A stretch of 64,000 nt of DNA from Bacteroidales bacterium (GTDB taxonomy: Bacteria; Bacteroidota; Bacteroidia; Bacteroidales; JAAYJT01). Both the position numbers and the translations under genes were made by a program. Within the stretch, counting starts at the first letter, position 1. Each line of letters begins with the position of its first letter. The notes below the pieces were generated by a model. That model searched no databases. It saw only the letters and a program-made list of their open reading frames with translations, and was not told the origin of the DNA. Of the stretch, positions 12,110 through 23,490 are shown piece by piece. Location: the NCBI GenBank assembly GCA_014860575.1, contig JACZJK010000025.1, forward strand, positions 1,692-65,691, in the 5' to 3' direction.

Positions 12110-13075
12110 ATGCAATATAAGTCAGACGTTGAAGCACTTGATGCTCTCAAGGATAAATACCAGGATCTTAAAACAGAAATAGCCAAAGTAATCGTAGGCC
12201 AGGATGTGGTGGTCAAGAAGATCCTGATCTCAATATTCAGCAAAGGGCACGCGTTGCTTGTTGGGGTTCCGGGCCTCGCCAAAACCTTAATGGTGAATAC
12301 GATTGCAAAATCGCTGGGGCTGACCTATTCGCGCATACAGTTCACACCCGATCTGATGCCATCGGATATTACCGGAACAGAAATTCTTGACGAAGACAGG
12401 CATTTTAAGTTTGTGCGCGGGCCTGTGTTTGCAAATATTATCCTTGCCGATGAAATCAACCGCACCCCACCTAAAACCCAATCGGCATTGCTGGAAGCCA
12501 TGCAGGAACTCTCAGTAACTGTTGCAGGGCAAAGTCACCGCTTGAATGAACCTTTCTTTGTATTGGCTACCCAAAACCCCATTGAGCAGGAAGGCACCTA
12601 TCCACTGCCCGAAGCCCAGCTCGACAGGTTCATGTTCAATATCTGGCTTGATTACCCTTCATTTCAGGAAGAAGTGGATGTGGTGAAACGCACAACCATA
12701 GGCAGTAGTTACCAGCCACAAATTGTCTTAACCGGCGAAGAAATTGTGTTTTTTCAGAACCTGATCCGCCGTATTCCAGTGGCTGACAACGTGTATGAAT
12801 ATGCCGTGAAATTAGCGGCCAAAACCCGTCCGGGAACACCCGAAGCCACAGCCGAAGTCAATAATTACCTCACCTGGGGCGCCGGGCCAAGGGCATCGCA
12901 ATACCTGATCATTGGCGCCAAATGCCACGGCGCTGTCAACGGCAAATATTCTCCCGATATTGAGGATGTGCAGGCCGTAGCCTATGATGTGCTGCGCCAC
13001 CGCATCGTGCGCAACTACAAAGCCGAAGCCGATGGCGTTGGGGTGGAGAAGATAATTGAGGGGTTGATGAGGTGA
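12110..13075 (+). CDS. MoxR-family AAA+ ATPase
   Basis: 321 aa with Walker A GVPGLAKT, Walker B ILADEINR, and MoxR-like length and C-terminal region. Confidence 0.92.
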   Translation: MQYKSDVEALDALKDKYQDLKTEIAKVIVGQDVVVKKILISIFSKGHALLVGVPGLAKTLMVNTIAKSLGLTYSRIQFTPDLMPSDITGTEILDEDRHFKFVRGPVFANIILADEINRTPPKTQSALLEAMQELSVTVAGQSHRLNEPFFVLATQNPIEQEGTYPLPEAQLDRFMFNIWLDYPSFQEEVDVVKRTTIGSSYQPQIVLTGEEIVFFQNLIRRIPVADNVYEYAVKLAAKTRPGTPEATAEVNNYLTWGAGPRASQYLIIGAKCHGAVNGKYSPDIEDVQAVAYDVLRHRIVRNYKAEADGVGVEKIIEGLMR

Positions 13076-13240
13076 TTTTGCAAATCCTTATGAAGCTACA
13101 TTCCTGCCTTTACTTACAAATCCCGCCCTGATCCTGCGCTATTCAAGGCGCGTTAAAATATAATATTTGCGCTTCGTATAAAAGTATCCCGGATTTTAAT
13201 TGAAAGAGGGTTTGTATCCCCATACTTATAACTGACTATT

Positions 13241-14848
13241 GTGAGACTAAAAAAAGAAACTGAAAGAATAAGAACCTTTGGCATAATCAGTCATCCTGAT
13301 GCCGGAAAAACCACGCTGACCGAAAAATTGCTTTTATTCGGAGGGGCTATACAAACTGCGGGCGCTGTAAAAAGCAACAAGATCGTTAAAACCGCCACTT
13401 CCGATTTCATGGAAATTGAAAAGCAGAGAGGCATTTCGGTTGCTACCTCCGTGATGAGTTTTGAGTATATGGATCACAAGATCAATATACTTGATACACC
13501 CGGCCACAAAGATTTTGCTGAAGATACTTATCGGACATTAACGGCTGTTGACAGTGTGATACTGGTGATTGACAGTGCCAAAGGCGTGGAGGAGCAAACC
13601 CGCAAACTCATGGAAGTTTGCCGGATGCGCCATACACCTGTCATCATTTTCATCAACAAATTAGACCGCGAAGGGCAAGACCCATTCTATCTGCTCGAAG
13701 AGGTTGAGCAAGAACTCAACATTCATACCCGCCCGCTTACCTGGCCTATAGGAATGGGATCTGAATTTCAGGGCGTTTATAACTTGCTGTCAAAATACCT
13801 GCGGCTTTTTGCACCCAATAAAACAAGCCTTTCTGACCTCGAAATAGTAATCAACGACTTGAACGATGAGGAATTGGAAAATCAGATTGGCGAAAGAGCA
13901 TCAAAAAAACTAAGAGAAGAAGTTGATTTGATTGAAAATGTTTACGAACCTTTCGACCAGCATTTGTATAGCGAAGCATACCTGGCCCCTGTGTTTTTTG
14001 GAAGTGCAATCAACAACTTCGGCATCAAGGAACTGCTGGAAACCTTCATCCGCATTTCGCCAAAGCCCCGAAGCCGGGAAACGGATAAAAGAACGGTTCT
14101 ACCTTCAGAGGAAACTTTTTCCGGGTTCATATTTAAGATCCATGCCAACATTGACCCCAATCACCGCAACAGGATTGCATTTTGCAGGATTGTTTCGGGC
14201 ATGTTTGAGCGAAACAAGGTGTATCATCATGTGCGGCTCAACAAAAAAATCCGTTTCTCAAGTCCGGCAAGTTTCATGGCCGGCGACAGAAATGTAATTG
14301 ATGTTGCTTTTCCCGGCGATGTAATTGGTTTATACGATACAGGAACTTTTAAAATTGGCGATACGCTGACTGAAGGCGAAGTAATTTCTTTCAAAGGAAT
14401 TCCAAGTTTCTCTCCCGAGATTTTCAAGGAACTGATAAATAAAACACCGGCAAAAACAAAACAACTTGAAAAAGGAGTCCGCCAGTTGACCGATGAAGGT
14501 GTGGCCCAGTTATTTGTTAAGCAGCCAGGAAATATTAAAGTAATTGGCACCGTTGGCGAATTGCAGTTTGAAGTGATACAGTTCAGGCTCTTGCACGAAT
14601 ATGGCGCTTCCTGCTCGTTTCATACACTCAACTACTACAAGGCATGCTGGATTACCTCAGCCAGTAAGACGGTTCTGGACAAATTTATTCAGAACCGGAT
14701 CCAGCATATTGCTTACGACAAAGAGAATCGCCCGGTTTACCTGGCCGAAAGTGAGTGGATGCTGAAAACTATGCGGGAAGCTTTCCCGGAAATTGAATTT
14801 CACTTTACATCGGAATTAAACTCAGGCTCAACTGCAAACAAAGATTGA
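13241..14848 (+). CDS. prfC: Peptide chain release factor 3
   Basis: 535 aa with a GTG start and a translational GTPase N-terminus [32 protein letters not shown]3-like length. Confidence 0.95.
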   Translation: MRLKKETERIRTFGIISHPDAGKTTLTEKLLLFGGAIQTAGAVKSNKIVKTATSDFMEIEKQRGISVATSVMSFEYMDHKINILDTPGHKDFAEDTYRTLTAVDSVILVIDSAKGVEEQTRKLMEVCRMRHTPVIIFINKLDREGQDPFYLLEEVEQELNIHTRPLTWPIGMGSEFQGVYNLLSKYLRLFAPNKTSLSDLEIVINDLNDEELENQIGERASKKLREEVDLIENVYEPFDQHLYSEAYLAPVFFGSAINNFGIKELLETFIRISPKPRSRETDKRTVLPSEETFSGFIFKIHANIDPNHRNRIAFCRIVSGMFERNKVYHHVRLNKKIRFSSPASFMAGDRNVIDVAFPGDVIGLYDTGTFKIGDTLTEGEVISFKGIPSFSPEIFKELINKTPAKTKQLEKGVRQLTDEGVAQLFVKQPGNIKVIGTVGELQFEVIQFRLLHEYGASCSFHTLNYYKACWITSASKTVLDKFIQNRIQHIAYDKENRPVYLAESEWMLKTMREAFPEIEFHFTSELNSGSTANKD

Positions 14849-14877
14849 ACGGCAGATTTGTGTTCACAAAATATCAA

Positions 14878-16062
14878 CTATATATCCACTACCCTGTTTC
14901 TCCTATAAAATCCGAGCACGAACGTAAAAAACAGTATTACAGCAATAATCAAAATTCCTGACGATACCAGGTACATCCCCTTCAGCGAGGTTAATTCAGC
15001 AAGTAAACCAAGTACCATAGACCCTCCGCCAATACCTATATCAAAGGCAGTAATAAATGTTGCATTGGCAGCGCCACGGCGGTGGGATTCAACCACATTG
15101 TTGGCCATTGTTTGAAGGGTTGGCATCACCACTCCCATACAAATCCCTACGAGTATTGCTGCCAGTATAAATCCTGAAAAACTTCCCATCAATCCCAGAA
15201 CCAGAAAGCCGCCTGCACCTGAAACCAGGCCGGTAAGCATTAGCAGCGACGGGCCTTTGCGATCGAATATTCTGCCTGACACAAGGCGGGAAACCATTAT
15301 TCCAATGGCAAAAACAGTGAAAAATATACCTGGTTGGCCCACTTCGTAGTGCCTGGCATAAAGGGTAATAAACGACATCAGGCCACCGTAGGCAATACCA
15401 AAAAGTAACTGGATCGAAGCTACAGGCAAGGTTCTTGGCTCAATAAAACGGCTTAAACTAAGCTTGCCCTGACTTACAGGTTCTTCATACGCTGGGAAAC
15501 TTACAAGCAACACCAACAGAAATCCCGTAAGGGCAATCGCCATTGATGAGAGGAACATGCGATTGTAATTGCCATCGCCCATTATCGCCAGCGCGATTAC
15601 CGGCCCTATGGCCATTGCCAGTGTAAACGAGAGTCCGTAAATACCAATACCTTCGCCGCGTCTTTTTCCGGGCACAATATCCACAATAATGGTGGAGGAG
15701 GAAGTGGTAGCTGCGCCCCACGCAAATCCATGCATAAAACGCAGAATCATCAGCCAGATGAAGGTATAGGCAAGTGTGTAAAGTCCAAGCATGGCCGAAA
15801 AAGCCAGAAACGAAAACAGGTAAATCCATTTACGTCCATAAGCATCCAGTGAATAGCCGATGAGTGGACGAATAATCATTGCAGAAAGTGTATATGCAGC
15901 CAGAATGTAACCTACCATGCCGGGTCCGGCATCCAACACATCAACAATATACACGGGCAAGGTTGGGATCAGGAAATAAAAACCTGTGCCCATGAAGAGG
16001 TTGGCAATACAGAGTAAAACAAAATTTCGAGTATAAAGTGATTGACTTGCGTTTGCTACCAA
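14878..16062 (-). CDS. MFS transporter
   Basis: 394 aa with about 12 predicted TM helices and an MFS loop motif, DAYGRK. Confidence 0.85.
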   Translation of the reverse strand: MVANASQSLYTRNFVLLCIANLFMGTGFYFLIPTLPVYIVDVLDAGPGMVGYILAAYTLSAMIIRPLIGYSLDAYGRKWIYLFSFLAFSAMLGLYTLAYTFIWLMILRFMHGFAWGAATTSSSTIIVDIVPGKRRGEGIGIYGLSFTLAMAIGPVIALAIMGDGNYNRMFLSSMAIALTGFLLVLLVSFPAYEEPVSQGKLSLSRFIEPRTLPVASIQLLFGIAYGGLMSFITLYARHYEVGQPGIFFTVFAIGIMVSRLVSGRIFDRKGPSLLMLTGLVSGAGGFLVLGLMGSFSGFILAAILVGICMGVVMPTLQTMANNVVESHRRGAANATFITAFDIGIGGGSMVLGLLAELTSLKGMYLVSSGILIIAVILFFTFVLGFYRRNRVVDI

Positions 16063-16200
16063 TGCATTGAAATTTAGAGATCAAACCTACATAAAAAACT
16101 TCAGATAGACTATTTCTTATGTTACATTCAGGAGCTTGTACTAAATCAAATGCAATCTGAACCTTATTCAGGCTTATCTTGTCAGGTGTGTAAGAAAATG

Positions 16201-16229
16201 ATAATCAGTTCCAGGCATTACCTGATTAT
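16201..16229 (-). terminator. Possible intrinsic terminator downstream of the M1 peptidase gene
   Basis: 8-bp inverted repeat ATAATCAG/CTGATTAT with a 13-nt loop, followed on the minus strand by CATTTTCTT. Confidence 0.3.
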
Positions 16230-16250
16230 TTAGGCCTTTTGAAACAGACA

Positions 16251-18182
16251 CTACCTGTCAATCATTACTTTTTGATGCATTACCTGCTCGCCAACCTGAA
16301 CTCTCACAACCCAAAAACCGGGCGAAAGAAATTCAACATTTGCCTGATAAAGACTTCCATGCGTTTGAACAAACTCTTTGGCTTGCACCATTTTTCCGTC
16401 AGCCGCAATAAAGCTTATGGCATTTATTGGCAATTGACTTTCAATAAAAATTTTATCAGCAGCCGGATTGGGAAAGACCTTAACCTGGCTGTTTTTCTCA
16501 ACTTCTCCTATGCCAATAATTACCTGGTTATTTTTTGAGATCAACCAGAGATCAGGGTCAATCTCAATGCTCGTTGGCACGAAGCCCGGATCAATTGCAA
16601 AGGTTTGACCGCTAAATGTGTTATCCAATACGATCAAGGTGTCGTAGCCTGGAGCGCTTAAGCGGATAGGAACAGGCAAACGGAAAAACGGAACTGATGA
16701 ATGCGACTGGCTCTGATAAAGTGTAATTACGGCTTCGGTTTCATCAAAAGTATGGTATTGGGTAATATAAGAAGGAAAACCTTGTCCGTAAAACCACTGA
16801 TCGAAAAAATAGGTTAGGTCCATTCCCGAGGCTTGTTCAAAAAAAGTGATCAATTCAGGAGTTACCATAAAGTTGTAGGCATGCTCCGGACTGTTAAGCA
16901 TATCATGAAGTGCCTGGAAAAAAGCTTCATCGCCAATAACCCATCGCAACGTATGCAGTACAAGCGCTCCTTTGCTATACGATAACCTTGAACTGAATAT
17001 CCGGGAAACCGATGTTGTATCGTCAACAAAAACTGAACCTCCAGGCTGCGATGTTACCCAGTTAATATTCTGCTCTTTCCAGGGCATCCAATAAAATCCG
17101 TCAAACATATGTTCGTAGGTAATCCCGGTTAAATAAGTAGCAAAACCTTCGTTTATCCATATATCGGCCCAGGAACCTGTAGTAATTTTATTTCCGAACC
17201 AGGAGTGTGCAAGCTCATGGGCCATCAATTCATGGCCAAAGCTTCCCATAAAGCTCATAGTTTGATGTTCCATTCCCCCACCCCATCCAAATTGGGCGTG
17301 CCCATATTTTTCGAGGATAAAAGGATAAGGTTCGAGCAAATCGTTGAATAACTCCATAATTGGTATGAGGCCAGGCGTTTGGGTTTGTATAGTCCCCATC
17401 TGGCCCGGGAACACATAGTTGAGCACTTCAATGGAATCGTTTTCAAATGGAACCCAATCGCTATAAATCCCATAATCGGTTACTGCAATAGCAACCAGGT
17501 AAGGAACAATGGGATAACGGTGTTTCCAGTGGCACGTCCTGTTTCCGTCTTCAACCCATTCATTTACAAGTAAGCCGTTCGATGCTGTGCGGTGTGGTAG
17601 TGGTGATGTAACAATAACATCAATAGAGTCAATTTTATCAGTGAGCCCGTTCTTACAAGGCCACCAGTCGGAGCAGCCATAAGGTTCGGAAAGTGTCCAG
17701 ATAATCGGAATACCGGCATGAGAATCTTGCACGAATGAGCCAAATCCAGAACCTGATTGGGGTGCGCCCTGATAATAAATGCTTACTGAATCCAGCGAGC
17801 CTGCCATCACAGTTTGAGGTAGGGATATTGTAAGCACATGGCCGGCATGAAGATAGCCTGCTGCCTGGCCGTGATATATTACTGAATCAACTGTTAGCGC
17901 CGGGGAAAGATCAAAGGTAACCTGATCGCTATCTTCATTCAATACATGTACTGAAGTAACCGCGCCGCTGATATACAAAACCGCCGGATCAATAAACCAT
18001 TCATATCGGTTATATTTCTGATCCATCTCCAAACCTGAGGATTCAGGCTTATTCTCAAGCCTTAGGTGAGATATTTGCTTGTTGCAGGCACAACCAATGT
18101 GTTCGGGATTAAAGTCATGCACCTGCGCTGAAAGTATATAACCAAATCCAAGGCAAAGTAATAGAGAGATAAATTGTTTCAT
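16251..18182 (-). CDS. M1 family metallo-aminopeptidase with a T9SS type-A C-terminal sorting domain
   Basis: 643 aa with a signal peptide ending LSA/Q, the zinc motif HELAHSWFGN plus WINEGFATY, and the C-terminus VFPNPAADKIFIES...GFWVVRV typical of a Por-secretion CTD. Confidence 0.9.
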   Translation of the reverse strand: MKQFISLLLCLGFGYILSAQVHDFNPEHIGCACNKQISHLRLENKPESSGLEMDQKYNRYEWFIDPAVLYISGAVTSVHVLNEDSDQVTFDLSPALTVDSVIYHGQAAGYLHAGHVLTISLPQTVMAGSLDSVSIYYQGAPQSGSGFGSFVQDSHAGIPIIWTLSEPYGCSDWWPCKNGLTDKIDSIDVIVTSPLPHRTASNGLLVNEWVEDGNRTCHWKHRYPIVPYLVAIAVTDYGIYSDWVPFENDSIEVLNYVFPGQMGTIQTQTPGLIPIMELFNDLLEPYPFILEKYGHAQFGWGGGMEHQTMSFMGSFGHELMAHELAHSWFGNKITTGSWADIWINEGFATYLTGITYEHMFDGFYWMPWKEQNINWVTSQPGGSVFVDDTTSVSRIFSSRLSYSKGALVLHTLRWVIGDEAFFQALHDMLNSPEHAYNFMVTPELITFFEQASGMDLTYFFDQWFYGQGFPSYITQYHTFDETEAVITLYQSQSHSSVPFFRLPVPIRLSAPGYDTLIVLDNTFSGQTFAIDPGFVPTSIEIDPDLWLISKNNQVIIGIGEVEKNSQVKVFPNPAADKIFIESQLPINAISFIAADGKMVQAKEFVQTHGSLYQANVEFLSPGFWVVRVQVGEQVMHQKVMIDR

Positions 18183-18309
18183 GGCAAAAAATAGAATTTG
18201 TTCTTTTACATAACAACAGATAAAGATAAGGGTTTAGCACCCACAGTATTTATTAATGCATATAACGCAATAATCTGGCACAGATTTACGCTCATAAAGA
18301 TATTTCATT

Positions 18310-18317
18310 TAGGTTTG
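18310..18317 (+). promoter_or_regulatory. Candidate -7 promoter box TAGGTTTG
   Basis: TAnnTTTG match 28 nt upstream of the ATG at 18346. Confidence 0.4.
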
Positions 18318-18345
18318 TAACTCAATCAGCACTTTCTGCACAGGC

Positions 18346-20238
18346 ATGAGTAATAAAAAAACGATTCCGGGTATTTTGTGTAATTTTCCTTCAAGGTATT
18401 TTGCAATGATTGTTTTGCTGATCCTTTCAGCCTGTGCCAACCCTGTAGCGCCAACCGGTGGCCCGCGTGATACAGAACCTCCGGTTATTTTGCAATCCGA
18501 ACCAGAAAACGGTTCAGTTAATTTTGCTGCTTCTGAAATCAGGCTCACTTTCAATGAATATGTACAGATAAAGAATCTTTCGCAGCAGTTTTTAAGCTCG
18601 CCGCCATTTATTAAAACCCCGGAAACCCGGCTACAGGGCAAATCTCTTGTTATTAAGCTCACCGAAGAGTTGAGGCCAAAGACTACCTATACCCTCTTTT
18701 TTGGCAATGCAATTTCAGACTTCAACGAAGGAAACCCTTTGGATAATTACCGTTTTGTTTTTTCAACCGGAGCGGTCCTTGACTCAATGGAATTAAAAGG
18801 CAAGGTACTTAATGCCAAAACATTGCTACCTGAAAAAGAAGTGTTTGTCATGCTTTACGACAGCTACGAAGATTCAATTCCGATGCTGGAGCGGCCATAT
18901 TATATTTCCAGAACCAACGACAAAGGTGATTTTACATTTACAAACCTGCGTGATATCCCTTACAAAATCTTCGCTTTGCGCGATGTGAACGCTAACCTCA
19001 TTTACGATCAGCCTAATGAGGAAATCGCCTTTTTAGAAACCGAAGTTTATCCCAATGCACCCGTGAGGCCCCAGATAGCAGATACACTTTCCGAAGTTGA
19101 TACATTGGTTCAGGAAAAAGAATACATAACCGTAATTGACACAGTACTGCTCCATCATCCGGAAGATGAGCTGAGTCTGGATCTCGATTATGATAAAAAA
19201 GATGAATATGAAGTGGTGCTGGTGGAACGGGATTCATTGGTTGTTCAAGATACCATAGCCGCAAACGACTCATTGGATATAAGCCTGGAAACCAAAAGCC
19301 TGACGCTATTCTTGTTTAACGAAGTTGATTCAACCCAACGCCTAATGCAATCCGAATACCTGCACCCAAACAAACTACAGTTCATTTTCCGGTTTCCGGT
19401 TAAAGGTTTAAGCATAAATCCAATACCACCGATCGAAGAGGAATGGAAAATCACTGAGAATAGCAGCAACTCTGATACAATTACCTACTGGATTATGAAT
19501 TTTCAGCAGGATAGCATTGCAATGGAAGTGATCGCAAGCCGGATGGAAACCGATACCGTGAGAATTGCCCTTACCCAAATGCAAACTTACAGAGCAGATA
19601 AACAATCTGATACAACCAAAACCTGGTTGGATATCAAAAGTAATTTGCCCCGTTCAGGGCCTTTGGATATTCATCAACCGATAAAACTGACTTTCAATGA
19701 ACCCGTTGATTCCTTCGACCTGGAAAAGATTTTGCTGCTCGAAGATTCTATACGGGTTGAGCCAGAAATTCAGTTCATTGATGAAGTAAAAAGACTGGCA
19801 TTTCTAAGTTACAAATGGAAGGACAGCACCATGTACGATTTACTCATCCCTGACTCAACTTTTGTTAGTATTTTTGGCCATAGCAATGATACACTTCAGC
19901 AAAGTTTCAAAACGAAAATGCAAAGCGATTATGGCAATTTAGTGGTCAACCTGGCACATAGCTTTTCTCAGGGACAACTTATTGTTGATTTGCTTGATGA
20001 AAAAGGCGTGGTAATGCAACAGAAAATCATTGGTCTGGAGCAAAAACAAATTCGGTTTTCATTTTTAAACCCCGTTAAGTACCAGGTAAAACTAACTCAC
20101 GATATCAATTCAAATAATAAGTGGGATACAGGAGCGTACCCGGCTCATCAGCCTGAGCGTGTGTATGTTTTCGACAAAACATTGGAATTGCGCGCCAATT
20201 GGGATCTCGAAGAAACCTTTACTATACCCGGCAACTGA
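18346..20238 (+). CDS. Lipoprotein with an N-terminal SbsA/Big_5-type Ig-like domain
   Basis: 630 aa with lipobox LILSAC. DTEPPVILQSEPENGSVNF...IRLTFNEYV resembles Big_5 Ig-like domains. The remainder is unassigned. Confidence 0.6.
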   Translation: MSNKKTIPGILCNFPSRYFAMIVLLILSACANPVAPTGGPRDTEPPVILQSEPENGSVNFAASEIRLTFNEYVQIKNLSQQFLSSPPFIKTPETRLQGKSLVIKLTEELRPKTTYTLFFGNAISDFNEGNPLDNYRFVFSTGAVLDSMELKGKVLNAKTLLPEKEVFVMLYDSYEDSIPMLERPYYISRTNDKGDFTFTNLRDIPYKIFALRDVNANLIYDQPNEEIAFLETEVYPNAPVRPQIADTLSEVDTLVQEKEYITVIDTVLLHHPEDELSLDLDYDKKDEYEVVLVERDSLVVQDTIAANDSLDISLETKSLTLFLFNEVDSTQRLMQSEYLHPNKLQFIFRFPVKGLSINPIPPIEEEWKITENSSNSDTITYWIMNFQQDSIAMEVIASRMETDTVRIALTQMQTYRADKQSDTTKTWLDIKSNLPRSGPLDIHQPIKLTFNEPVDSFDLEKILLLEDSIRVEPEIQFIDEVKRLAFLSYKWKDSTMYDLLIPDSTFVSIFGHSNDTLQQSFKTKMQSDYGNLVVNLAHSFSQGQLIVDLLDEKGVVMQQKIIGLEQKQIRFSFLNPVKYQVKLTHDINSNNKWDTGAYPAHQPERVYVFDKTLELRANWDLEETFTIPGN

Positions 20239-20261
20239 AACAGAACCTCGGATACAAATAC

Positions 20262-20302
20262 GACCCTGCACGGTGAATTTGAATGTTTCACCTTGCAGGG
20301 TC
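20262..20302. terminator. Long hairpin between convergent genes (candidate bidirectional terminator)
   Basis: GACCCTGCACGGTGAA / TTCACCTTGCAGGGTC forms a 16-bp stem with one mismatch. No strong U-tract on either side. Confidence 0.45.
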
Positions 20303-20401
20303 AGATTAATTTATGCCTAACTGCTAACTTCTGAGAACAATCAAATGATTATCTACTAAACTTCAAAACCTGCTGATTGATCTTTGCCTACTATTGCAGG
20401 C

Positions 20402-20701
20402 TTAGTCGCTATGACACTTATTGATACAATAAATTATATCAGTAAGTGCTTTATGCTTCAGCGCATAATGGATTTTCTTTCCATCTCTTTTTGATACCAA
20501 TATACCCTTGGTTTTCAAGATATTCAAATGATGGGAGGCAGCAGCCTGTTCAATATTAAGGCGTTCGTAAATCTGAGTTACACTCAATTTCTTTTCTTCT
20601 TTCAGAAGATCAATGATGGCTATCCGCATGGGGTGGGCCATGGCCCTAAGCTTGCTCGCAGCAGCTTCTAGTTTAACTACGTCCAAATCGTTGCTTTTCA
20701 T
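20402..20701 (-). CDS. ArsR/SmtB family transcriptional regulator
   Basis: Trimmed to the ATG at 20701 (99 aa). Winged-HTH pattern LRAMAHPMRIAIIDLL...LSVTQIYERLNIEQAAASHHLNILK. Confidence 0.85.
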   Translation of the reverse strand: MKSNDLDVVKLEAAASKLRAMAHPMRIAIIDLLKEEKKLSVTQIYERLNIEQAAASHHLNILKTKGILVSKRDGKKIHYALKHKALTDIIYCINKCHSD

Positions 20702-20762
20702 GTGAATAATTATTTGTGCAAATATAAGCCAATTGACATAACTTGCTGTTAAATATATAAAT

Positions 20763-22418
20763 TTATTTATCCTTGTTGTCAAACAAAGAAACAAATGCGA
20801 ATTTGTTTCCATCGAAAAGCCCTTTATCACTGAGTTTTAGCTCCGGGATAACCAGCAAAGCCATGAAAGACAAAGTCATGAAGGGGGCAGATAAACTGCA
20901 TCCCATTTGCTTAACCATCGCATCGAGAAGCTCATATTTACGGGCAACCTCGAATCCATTTTCAAGCGACATCAGTCCGGCAACAGGAAGTGAAAGCAGC
21001 AGGTGGTTATTGTCATCAACGGCAACTATTCCACCTTTGGCATCAATTAAATGATTGATTGCTTCACAAATCGCTGCATCATCGGTTCCCAAAGCGATAA
21101 TATTATGGCTGTCGTGCGCTACTGTTGATGCTATTGCACCTCGCTTCATTCCGAACCCATTTACGAACCCTACAGATGGTGGAGCGGGAAAATAGCGATT
21201 GAGTACAACCATTTTCAGCACATCCCGGATAGGATCGCTAACTATTTTACCATTCTGAACGCTGACTTTCATTGTCTTACGTTTTGTAACAATCTGTCCA
21301 TCCAAGGCTTCAATAACATTAATATGTGAACCTTGAGCCGCAACTACTATGTCAGTTGAAGTCACTTTTGTTGCTTCGAACCTGTTTATCGGTTTTTCAT
21401 CAATCTTTGATAGAAGTGATTGTCCATTTTCCGCTACCTTAACGCCCTTGATATATGTTTGTAAAACATTCATGTTTGCAAGCGAATCCACGACGATCAA
21501 ATCTGCATCATCACCCGGCTGCAGCAAACCTACAGGCAAACCATAATGTCTTACAGGGTTAACTGTGCAGGCACTTACAGTGTCCAGCACATCGTACCCT
21601 GCATTTACAGCCTTTGATACAAGGCAGTTGATATGGCTTTTAATGAGTTCGTCTGGATGTTTATCGTCAGAACAGAACATTATCTGATCAGGGCATTCTT
21701 TTATCAGGGGAATTAATGTGTCAAAATTTCTAGCAGCGCTGCCTTCGCGGATCAGGATCTTCATGCCATAAGAAGCTTTTTCGCGCCCTTCTTCCAATGT
21801 AAAACATTCATGATCGGTTGAAATTCCAGCCTGGGCGTATTTCCGGGCATCCTCTCCTGTGAGGCCAGGTGCATGCCCGTCAATCACCATATTACGCTTT
21901 TGTGCGGCTTCAAGTTTGGCCATTACATCGGGATCGTGAAAAAGTACGCCAGGAAAATTCATCATTTCAGAGAGGTAGTAAACTTCTTTCCAGTCCAGCA
22001 TTTCAGCAACTGCATTGGGTCCTAAAGATGTGCCTGATGTTTCGAAACCAGTTGCAGGCACACAGGAAGGCGCTCCGAAAAAGAACTTAAAAGGAACTTT
22101 CTTGCCATTTTCAATCATAAACTTTACGCCAGCAATTCCAAGAACGTTGGCAATTTCATGCGGATCGCTTACTGCAGCCACAGTGCCATGAACCACGGCT
22201 ATACTTGCAAACTCAGATGGAATCAGCATAGAACTTTCCACATGTATGTGCGCATCAATCAAACCGGGTAAGATAAATTGCGACGGGACATCTGCGTCTT
22301 CAATCACAGTTTGAATTTTTCCATTTTTTACTTCGATATGTCCCGGAAATATCCTTCGGTTGATTACATCAACTATTTGACCAGATAAAATGAGTTTGTC
22401 TGTTGGCATAACATGCAT
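20763..22418 (-). CDS. ade: Adenine deaminase
   Basis: 551 aa amidohydrolase with the metal motif GLIDAHIHVESS and adenine-deaminase-like length and C-terminal domain. Confidence 0.88.
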   Translation of the reverse strand: MHVMPTDKLILSGQIVDVINRRIFPGHIEVKNGKIQTVIEDADVPSQFILPGLIDAHIHVESSMLIPSEFASIAVVHGTVAAVSDPHEIANVLGIAGVKFMIENGKKVPFKFFFGAPSCVPATGFETSGTSLGPNAVAEMLDWKEVYYLSEMMNFPGVLFHDPDVMAKLEAAQKRNMVIDGHAPGLTGEDARKYAQAGISTDHECFTLEEGREKASYGMKILIREGSAARNFDTLIPLIKECPDQIMFCSDDKHPDELIKSHINCLVSKAVNAGYDVLDTVSACTVNPVRHYGLPVGLLQPGDDADLIVVDSLANMNVLQTYIKGVKVAENGQSLLSKIDEKPINRFEATKVTSTDIVVAAQGSHINVIEALDGQIVTKRKTMKVSVQNGKIVSDPIRDVLKMVVLNRYFPAPPSVGFVNGFGMKRGAIASTVAHDSHNIIALGTDDAAICEAINHLIDAKGGIVAVDDNNHLLLSLPVAGLMSLENGFEVARKYELLDAMVKQMGCSLSAPFMTLSFMALLVIPELKLSDKGLFDGNKFAFVSLFDNKDK

Positions 22419-22453
22419 GAATTATAAACATAAAATAAATGATGACCCATTTG

Positions 22454-22461
22454 CAAATATA
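22454..22461 (-). promoter_or_regulatory. Candidate -7 promoter box (TATATTTG on the minus strand) upstream of ade
   Basis: The plus-strand CAAATATA is the reverse complement of TAnnTTTG, about 36 nt upstream of the ATG at 22418. Confidence 0.35.
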
Positions 22462-22514
22462 GGTCATGACTGCAAGCATGTCAATACACTTATAAAAATA
22501 GCCAGAACCATGTA

Positions 22515-23480
22515 TTACGAATTGAGATAGACAGGAATTACATCAATGTTCTGCGACTTCAATATGCGTTTGGCTTTTTCATAATTACGTGTAAACCCAA
22601 GGAGGAAACCACCTCCACCGGAACCACATAATTTTATATAGAAATCACCGGATTCAAGGCCAAGTTTCCATAATTTCTCATAATTATGCGGGATCATAGG
22701 TTTGAGGTTCTCAAGCAGGAAGGCAGAAAGTTTATGAAGGTTCTCAAAAAATGCTGCAGTTTCACCATTGATCAGGCTTGTGATGCAATTATTGTTGAGT
22801 GGGATCATAATGTTTTGGAGGTTTTGCTTAAAAGAATCATCCTGGCATTTCTCCATGAACAAATTTACCAATGGTTCAGTTTTTCCTGGCGTACCGGTAT
22901 TCAGCAGGAAAATACCTCCTTCTTTATTCTGTTCATCACCTGGAATACCCACAACTGAAATATCCTTGCGCGAACGGATGAGGAGAGGTTGTCCAAGATA
23001 GCAGTTCAATGGGTCAATGCCCGAACTGGTTCCATGAAAGAATGATTCCAATTGAGATAGCTGCAAGCGGAACTCGTTAATTTGCTCTGATGTCATTACA
23101 CCATCATCAGGAAACGGATCGGAAACATATCTTTTGTATAAAGCAGCAACCAGTGCGCCGGAACTTCCTACACCATATCCTTGCGGAATATTACTTTCAA
23201 GATAAAGACCATTTTTCAGATCCCTGGCAAATGCATCAACATCAAAGTTACATTTCAATTCGTTTTTGAGCTTTAGATTTTGGATGTAAGGCAGATATTG
23301 GGCCAACAGTTCATTGCTGCTGTGGGCATAATCGAGGTCAGTATATTTATTGTCTTTGACAAAACTCAGTTCAGCTTTAAAGTGGGTGTAAGGTATTGTA
23401 AGCCCCATAGAATCACAGAGGATACTGTACTCTCCAAATAAGAGTATTTTGGAATAAAATATATCTGGTTTTTTTTTCAT
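22515..23480 (-). CDS. GHMP-family kinase, mevalonate-kinase-like (last gene of the mevalonate operon)
   Basis: Trimmed to the ATG at 23480 (321 aa). N-terminal SKILLFGEYSIL and GHMP ATP-binding motif PQGYGVGSSGALVAAL. It starts 10 nt downstream of the decarboxylase gene. Confidence 0.75.
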   Translation of the reverse strand: MKKKPDIFYSKILLFGEYSILCDSMGLTIPYTHFKAELSFVKDNKYTDLDYAHSSNELLAQYLPYIQNLKLKNELKCNFDVDAFARDLKNGLYLESNIPQGYGVGSSGALVAALYKRYVSDPFPDDGVMTSEQINEFRLQLSQLESFFHGTSSGIDPLNCYLGQPLLIRSRKDISVVGIPGDEQNKEGGIFLLNTGTPGKTEPLVNLFMEKCQDDSFKQNLQNIMIPLNNNCITSLINGETAAFFENLHKLSAFLLENLKPMIPHNYEKLWKLGLESGDFYIKLCGSGGGGFLLGFTRNYEKAKRILKSQNIDVIPVYLNS

Positions 23481-23490
23481 GAATGATGGT

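Noticed and set aside
12110-13075. MoxR as the first gene of a Bat/aerotolerance (MoxR-DUF58-vWA-TPR) operon.
   Set aside because: The downstream gene is prfC, after a 165-nt gap. No DUF58 or vWA genes are present in the window, so no such system can be claimed here.
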